A stretch of 60,262 nt of DNA, the filler included, from Bipalium vagum (lineage: Eukaryota): NCBI GenBank assembly GCA_037834085.1. It is 3 parts of 3 records of this genome, joined end to end, with 100 filler letters (N's around TTAATTAATTAA, not from the genome) between each part and the next. Parts side by side here need not be neighbours in the genome. Positions count along the whole stretch, not along the records: positions 42,978 to 60,262 come from JBBMKC010072774.1; 2 more parts are not named here. One strand, given 5' to 3'. Under the pieces are notes generated by a model. The model searched no databases. It worked only from the letters and a program-made list of their open reading frames with translations, and was not told the DNA's origin. The position numbers and the translations under genes were made by a program. Positions 53,638-60,262 of this stretch are shown here, in pieces; within the stretch, counting starts at the first letter, position 1, and each line of letters opens with the position of its first letter.

Positions 53638-54101
53638 TTATATGATGGTAAATGAGGCATCCTCTTTCTTCTGGCGATAAATCTCTCTACGGTTGGTTAT
53701 TAAAACAAAGTTTTCGGATGATTGATATCTTTCGAAATAAAAACGGTTAAAGATTAATCTCCATGTCAAATTGGAACAGGTTTTGACATATGATGTAAAG
53801 CATCTGGCTTAATAAATCATTAAAATAAGAATTTCGAAAAGGAGAATGTTGTCAAAATGATATATTCCCAATAATGAAAGAACGATTTGATTTGATTTAT
53901 TCTTCAAAATGTATCTTATATAAATATTGGCAAAGAAAAATAAGAAAAAAAGAAAAAATACTCACACCAATTGTTTGTTCGGTTGGAAATTCGGAATGAA
54001 TTTGTTTTCGACATAGACATTTGAGCGGTTTAGTAATTTGATGCCGGGGTAGCTGATATTGTCGATCATATCACTTAGAGGAATGCGATTGAAATACAGG
54101 C
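53638..54101 (-). CDS. last two exons of an unidentified gene
   Basis: Exon 54101-53966 (LYFNRIPLSDMIDNISYPGIKLLNRSNVYVENKFIPNFQPNKQL) has a gtgagt donor and splices in phase 2 to 53803-53638 (CFTSYVKTCSNLTWRLIFNRFYFERYQ...FTII*). Confidence 0.45.
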
Positions 54102-54224
54102 CTAGAGGATTATTTATGTCACTTGTTGGAATGTAGGGCACAATTTAGTGTATTTACTCGACGATTTTAAACAAACAAACAAATAACAATAAGATAAATT
54201 TTAACATATTTTAATATATACAAG

Positions 54225-54660
54225 AATTTTTTGTTTATATGGACCTTATTTCTTTCCAGATGATAGGTTTACAGGAGCAGTATATCTGGAAATTCTTCAA
54301 AATTTCATGGAACATTACTACTTGCAGATGGTATTCTTGACTCAGTAGGATGGAGCACCTTTCCATTATGCAAAGACCGCTCGAGAGAGTTAAACAGAAC
54401 ATTTCTTAATCTCTGGATTAATTTAACACTCTTAGATTTTTATGCTTAAAGATTCACTAAGATTAAGATGTCCACTGGTAGGAGAATTAAAAATGTTGCT
54501 TAATTTAAAAATATAATTAGAGACGCAGTTCAGTAGATATCTCCACAAATGATAGAAAATGTGTTTCGTGAAGGCAAACGTAGTAGAGAAACTGGTGTAT
54601 GTAGAGAAACTGGTGGTCTAGCTATTAGATATTGAATTATTTGTATTATTTATTCCAAAT
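54225..54660 (+). mobile_element. rosa/DD41D-like transposase C-terminal relic
   Basis: GPYFF..TGAVYLEILQ...DGAPFHYAK..LNRTF..WI..LTLLDF. Confidence 0.7.
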
Positions 54661-54829
54661 AATGTTTATATAAATTAATCGAACTCATTTCTGATAATAA
54701 TAATAATCAAAATAAAACATATATATTATTACCAAAAATATAAAAATATAAAAATTACAAAGAAAAAGTGATCTATTTCAAGTTTTATATTTTATTTTAT
54801 CGAAATGACTTTTTATAATGACTTATAAT

Positions 54830-54945
54830 TGTGAGATAAATTGAAAATTAGTCGGGGGATGAAGCTCAGAAGTCAGAACAGTCCATGCGTATGTGAAAGG
54901 TCGAATAATTGGGTTTTAATCCCGTTATCTCCGATTAATTTTCAA
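54830..54945 (+). mobile_element. tRNA(Ala)-like module, copy 3
   Basis: TGTGAGATAAATTGAAAATTAGTC-GGGGGATGAAGCTCAGAAGTCAGAACAGTCCATGCGTATGTGAAAGG...GGGTTTTAATCCCGTTATCTCC-GATTAATTTTCAA. Confidence 0.75.
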
Positions 54946-55784
54946 AAATAATAATAATTTACAAAAATAAAATTCGAATAATGTGATAATAATATTATAT
55001 TATTTTTAAAAAAACCAAGGATACAATTTCGTTATTCTTTTAAATTGGTAAATAAAATTGTTTTGAATTTTAAGTTTCGAACAAAATATTTATTAAAAAA
55101 ATTTATGGATTCAAAATTTTGTGAAAAAATAAGAATAATTTCGATTCTTAATCGATTCTTAAATCATAAGTTAGTCTACGATCCGGTACCGATTAAAACA
55201 AAACTGATACAGTTTAAATAGGAAATAATTTATATTTTATAATAAATTAAAATTAATGTTAAATTTCTTCACATACCTCCATGAAATTTAATCATTCTCT
55301 CGGTTGTCACAATAAAAAATCTTTCATATTAATCAAGAGCAAGAGTATATCATTAAAATAATCTATTAATTCTATAAATTATGCGGGATATTTTAAAAAT
55401 AAATTGTGAATTTTAAATTACTATGATTGATTATTCTTCTTTTATCAATAAAATATGAACTATTTCTCTTGGTTCTTTGAAATTTTATGCTTTAAAGAAT
55501 TATGAAATTATTTCTTTATATCATACAAGTTTTAATTATTTTTCCGAAAACTTGATAAGTTTTTTTATGAAGAAAAAGTATGAATTGAATATCTACTTCT
55601 TCATAATAATAATAATGATAATAATAATAGTAATAATAATAATAATCAATAAACAAATAAATATATTAAAAACAAAATATTAAGTATTTTGACCTAAAGT
55701 TAAAACTATATATATAATTGGTTTGATATACTCTCATTTTCAATAAAAACGCACCACTTTTAGTAGTGGAAATAAATTTTCTTA

Positions 55785-55960
55785 TATTAGGTGTCTAATT
55801 AAGTTAAGCAAACCAAATGGTGGGATCAATTTGGTATCATATATGTGAGCTGCTACAACCGAACGAAACAATCACGGAGAATCGGTATCAAGATCAAGTG
55901 ATGCGTCTAAGCCAAGCATTAAGGGATAAACAGCCATATTATGCCGACATGACAATGTTA
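55785..55960 (+). mobile_element. Mos1-like mariner deletion derivative
   Basis: TATTAGGTGTCTAATTAAGTT TIR fused to WWDQFGII..ELLQPNETITENRYQDQVMRLSQALRDKQPYY. Confidence 0.8.
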
Positions 55961-56279
55961 TTATAATATTTATTATAATAGTTGAAAATCATATTTGTAA
56001 TGGGATAAATAATGTTTTATTTATATTAAACGAATATTACACTTATTTGTTAATAAGTGAAAAAAACTTTAAAAATATACTTATTTCACATTAAGAATGA
56101 AAAATTATAAAAATAGATTTTTAAATGAAAAAAATGGTTTCATGAACCAAAGAAAATTTGCTTATTTTTACCAAGTTTCATTCGTTATACAATTTCCTCT
56201 TCTTTAGTAAGATTTTTGTAAGTCTTTCTCTGAAAGTGTGACATAAATATCTTGTTTTATTTCCTGTGTTTTCGGAATT

Positions 56280-56760
56280 TATTTGGTCACCTGCTTGAAA
56301 TAATCTTTCCTCAAAATCATTTTCGTTTTTTGATTGATTATTTGAATAAATAATATCTAAAAAAATTCCAAATATTTTCCATTAAATTTTTATCAGACGA
56401 TTCTGATGGCCACTCCATTATTTCGAAATTATGCGTTTTAAAAAGAACCCTCACACTTCTTATCTACTTGAATGCTATAATTATTTTGTATCACATAGAT
56501 TTTCGTTTGAATATTTAAATTCATTATTGGCAAACAAAATGATTTGATTCACTGTTCAGAATTTTCAAAGTACTGATGTACTTGGGCATAAGAGTCCCCC
56601 AAAACTATCAATTCTTCACCTTAAAATTGTCGCTATACACTATTGAAATTCGTTCGGTTTGAACTATATGTAAACCTAATATAAGGTAATTGTTATGCAT
56701 TGTTATTAAACAACTTTTTTTATAATTATCGGTACCGTCCGTGAACACAGTACTTACATG
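56280..56760 (-). mobile_element. decayed Tc1/Tc3-like transposase
   Basis: VFTDG, V.G, QNN..H-like and FEIMEWPSESSDKNLMENIW motifs in order. Confidence 0.7.
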
Positions 56761-57059
56761 ATTGTCCCATTTAAAGCAAATTCTTAGTAATTAAAAGTTT
56801 ATATATTTAAAACCATTATATATATGAAAATTTTTACCTAATTAAAAAAAATTACCTAAAATATTAATTACAATATTATATATTAACTGTGGTATTATAA
56901 TATTACTAATTCATAATTCATTACAATATTAATAGCAAATTTAAAATAAGACGGGTTATTTCAGGAAGTTCTGTATGAAAAATATGTTCACCATTATTTT
57001 ATTTTAATGAATTATATTTAACTTATTGCACTTGTTTAATCAATCTAATTTAATCATAT

Positions 57060-57610
57060 ATTCAGATATTTGTACTCACATCATTTAAATAAATGTGTTA
57101 ATAATTCATGAATGATACAACGTTTTTATATTATATCTACCAATATGACTGGAATAAAAAACAAATTTTATCCAACTATCGGAAAGAGGAAGAAGAGATA
57201 ATTTTATGAAAGCTTCGTAAAAAATCATGCCATTATCTCACGAATATTTAATGCGAAAGGCTTCTAGCATCGTCAAAGTGGCATTGGACAATATCGAAGC
57301 ACCAATCAACGCGAAGATAGATAACTTCAACAGTTAGAGACAGTATTACAGATCCAAAATTTGGTATAAATTGAAAAATGAATCTTAGAAAAAAGTTCTC
57401 CCTCATCGTAACATTTAATAAATTAAAAAACCATTTTCAACAAATATGGAACGACATACCTGAAAGTAAAAAAATATTTTATTAGTAGTATGAAAAGATG
57501 ACTCGCTATTGACATCTCTAAATGTTTTCCACATAAATGTGTTTCTTTTATGTAATTTTACCAAATTTATTTGATACGTATTTCAGTTTTGACTTTTAGT
57601 GGTACTTCTT
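57060..57610 (+). mobile_element. possible internally deleted Tc1-like element
   Basis: RQSG..(GRP-like) linker and a C-terminal QQIWNDIPE...SMKR. Confidence 0.35.
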
Positions 57611-58699
57611 AATTAAAAATGAGTATACGTAAAATGTAACATTTAAAAAACCTAAAAGTATTAATAAAATCTCCCAACAAGACTGAGAAAGAATTTCATG
57701 ATATGAACAATATTTCTGATAGTTATTATTGATTAAATTCATTATTTTTATTTATTTCACATTTTAAAAAATATATAATAATCTTTTAATCAATATAATT
57801 TTTAAATCAATAAGATTTAAAAACAGATTATATTCTCCAAATAAAATGATAAGAATAATAAAAAAAAATAGCATATAAGATACAAAATTTTTATGATGGA
57901 TGATTTATTGGAAAAGGAATGTTCTTTTTTTAATTTCACATTAATAATTTGAAACCATTCATGAAATTGAAAAAGAAAGAGGATAAAGGCACCCATTCTG
58001 TCCATAAACTTAGTAAGGGTTTAATGAGATCTTGTAAAACATTAAAATTATGTTAAATTAGAAAGAATTTTTAAGGGTACTTAGCTTTAAGATAGGCGGT
58101 ATGAAAAGAAAGAGATTTTATTGATTTTTCAAAATTATCCAAAGCATTCTCAGACGAATCAATCTTTTTCCCAAACGGTCAAGTGAAGAAGTTCTATTCC
58201 TAGACGATCTACTTTCAGTTTTAATTCGTGACTTTGTTACTTTGTTCTGTTACTCCATACTTTTAGCTTAGTGAACAGTTTCGTAAAGTATCTCATTAAA
58301 ATCAAATTTGATTACCCATTCAAACAAATGTTAAACCCTTCGGTGCGATTCATGTATTTCTATGGGAATTTAATTTTAATAGTGAATTTTAATAATGGAT
58401 TTTTACACGTGGTCAAGATATTTTTTGTTGATTAAAACACTTAATTTACATTTTTCAATAAAATATTTATTAAATTCTTTCTGTTTCTTTTATTTATCTT
58501 TTAAATCATTTATTATATTTTAATTAATTTTTATACTATCCCAGCAAATCTCTGTACTGTTTATCTAAATTAATGGCTGTTTCATTAAGGACAACCAATT
58601 TTCTATATAAATAAATAAAACTTTATATTTAATTCATTTGTTTTAAATTTTCGTTTTAACATTTATCAATGTTTACCATTTTAAATATGCACCAATTTA

Positions 58700-59260
58700 C
58701 AAATAAACAAATTTATTTCCAAAGTAACCTTTCAATTGTGGAAACTTTATGAATATTAAAACCAAAACCATCCGACTAGAAGCCCAGGGGACTGTCTGGT
58801 GCAAAGTTTTGAGTCAACATATTCGCTTATGAATGTTACGACTCCAATAAGATAAAAAATGTGTGGTGTACAAAAAATAATGCAGGTGTTAGAATAAGCA
58901 TTAAAGCAAACTCAATGAATTAATTCAGCGGTGTTCTTAGGAATTTAGTGTATTCTAAACATTATTGTGGCGGATTTTGCAAGATGATCTAGGCATACAT
59001 CATTATAGGATAAACTGACTCAAGAAATAAAGCTGAATGATTGAGACGAAGGTTCTCAAAATGGACTTTCGAAAAGCTTGAAAATACCGTTGATTTTTTT
59101 TGAGTTATAAGGCTCATTCTTGGCTCAATATCTTTGTGAGTACGCAAAATTATAGGACCTGGTCAAACTTAGCTAAACACATGACTTCTCAGAGAAAAAG
59201 TGTTGCCAGCTTAGCAGGAAAATATCTGTCTCATTACTTAATTTACAGACCTTGTATGTC
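58700..59260 (+). mobile_element. rosa/DD41D-like transposase N-terminal relic
   Basis: ILQDDLG...TQEIK...AHSWLN..VSTQNYRTW (EAHFxLNGxVNxQNxRxW). Confidence 0.6.
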
Positions 59261-60262
59261 CTGCAAATTTTAAATAAGTTTTTTTAATAAAAATTTTACA
59301 TTCTACTGAGCATTGAACATACTGATTTCCTCATATTGTAGAAAAGTTCTAAATAGGGTAGCTTCTTCATGACAATAAATTAATAATTCCTCAAAATTTT
59401 TCGAACTTTAATCTATTAATTCTATAATTCAAAATATAAATAAATAAATGTAAATATAAAAATTCATTGACCAAAGGAAATCAATTAAAAAAATCAATCA
59501 ATAATAATAATAATATTAGTTTATTTTTTATTTACTTTGTAAAAATAATAATCCATAAATATAATTTTTCAATTTTCTTTTTATTATTTTTTTGACAAAT
59601 CATAAATTAATTATATCAATATAAAAGAAAATTCATCAATAACAAATTATCAATGAAACTGTTAGGAATTTTTGAAAAAAATCCCAGCTTCATGACTGAA
59701 CATGCTGCTGATATCAAGGCAAAATCGGCTACCAGTTTCGGTCGGGAGAAAATAGAACGAAAATTAATAGAAACAGTCATGAAAATATAAATTTTTATGT
59801 AGATCATTTCAAACAAAAAAAAATGGATTCGATTATGATTTAAAATTTTATATATATTTATATTATTTTAAATATTTTTGATGTTTATTAATTAATTTAT
59901 TATTTATTTAATAATAATAGTTTTATTTAATATAATTCGTATTGTTTTAAAAGGAGTTGCATTCTATTTAATTAATTGTCACATAAAATTTAGGGATTAA
60001 ATTAATTAATTTATTGCAATTTGTATCATTGATCAATTAAATACCGACCAGAATATTTCAAAATTATCTCTGTAGCTCATCGTGGTCGATGAAGGTTCTT
60101 TTTGATAGAAATTTGATCAATTTTTAAATCGTCGAAATAATAATAAAATAACCAAAAAAAATAAATTCTATTATTATTACTATATATTATTATTATCATT
60201 ATTCTAATAATAATAGTAATTATTATTATTATTTATTAATATTGTTATTTATTATTATTATT

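Noticed and set aside
1-60262. Prokaryotic systems (CRISPR array, operons, defence loci)
   Set aside because: No regularly spaced repeats or gene-dense operons; the introns and element types are eukaryotic.

Overview
Very AT-rich (roughly 20-25% GC by eye) eukaryotic nuclear DNA, probably from an invertebrate or parasite; the taxon cannot be fixed from this window. It is three unrelated pieces joined by artificial 100-bp linkers (44 N + TTAATTAATTAA + 44 N at 22149-22248 and 42878-42977), plus a 195-N gap. Most interpretable sequence is a graveyard of more than 25 decayed Tc1/mariner-superfamily transposons (mariner including Mos1-like, Tc1, rosa/maT-like, pogo). There are also Penelope-like and L1/Tx1-like retroelement relics and (AAT)n microsatellites. 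Host coding sequence is limited to one clear 404-codon low-complexity exon and several exon chains with short (about 20-55 nt) GT-AG introns whose products I cannot name. Many of those chains do not give a clean reading frame. The most interesting signal is a three-copy tRNA(Ala)-like module that starts with TGT and sits inside its own inverted repeat. In one copy it is preceded by a polypurine tract and, 124 bp upstream, a PBS-like TGG motif, consistent with a Helenus-like tRNA-in-LTR miniature LTR retroelement. Decayed hammerhead-ribozyme cores occur in the Penelope repeats. All boundaries of decayed elements are approximate and were read by eye.
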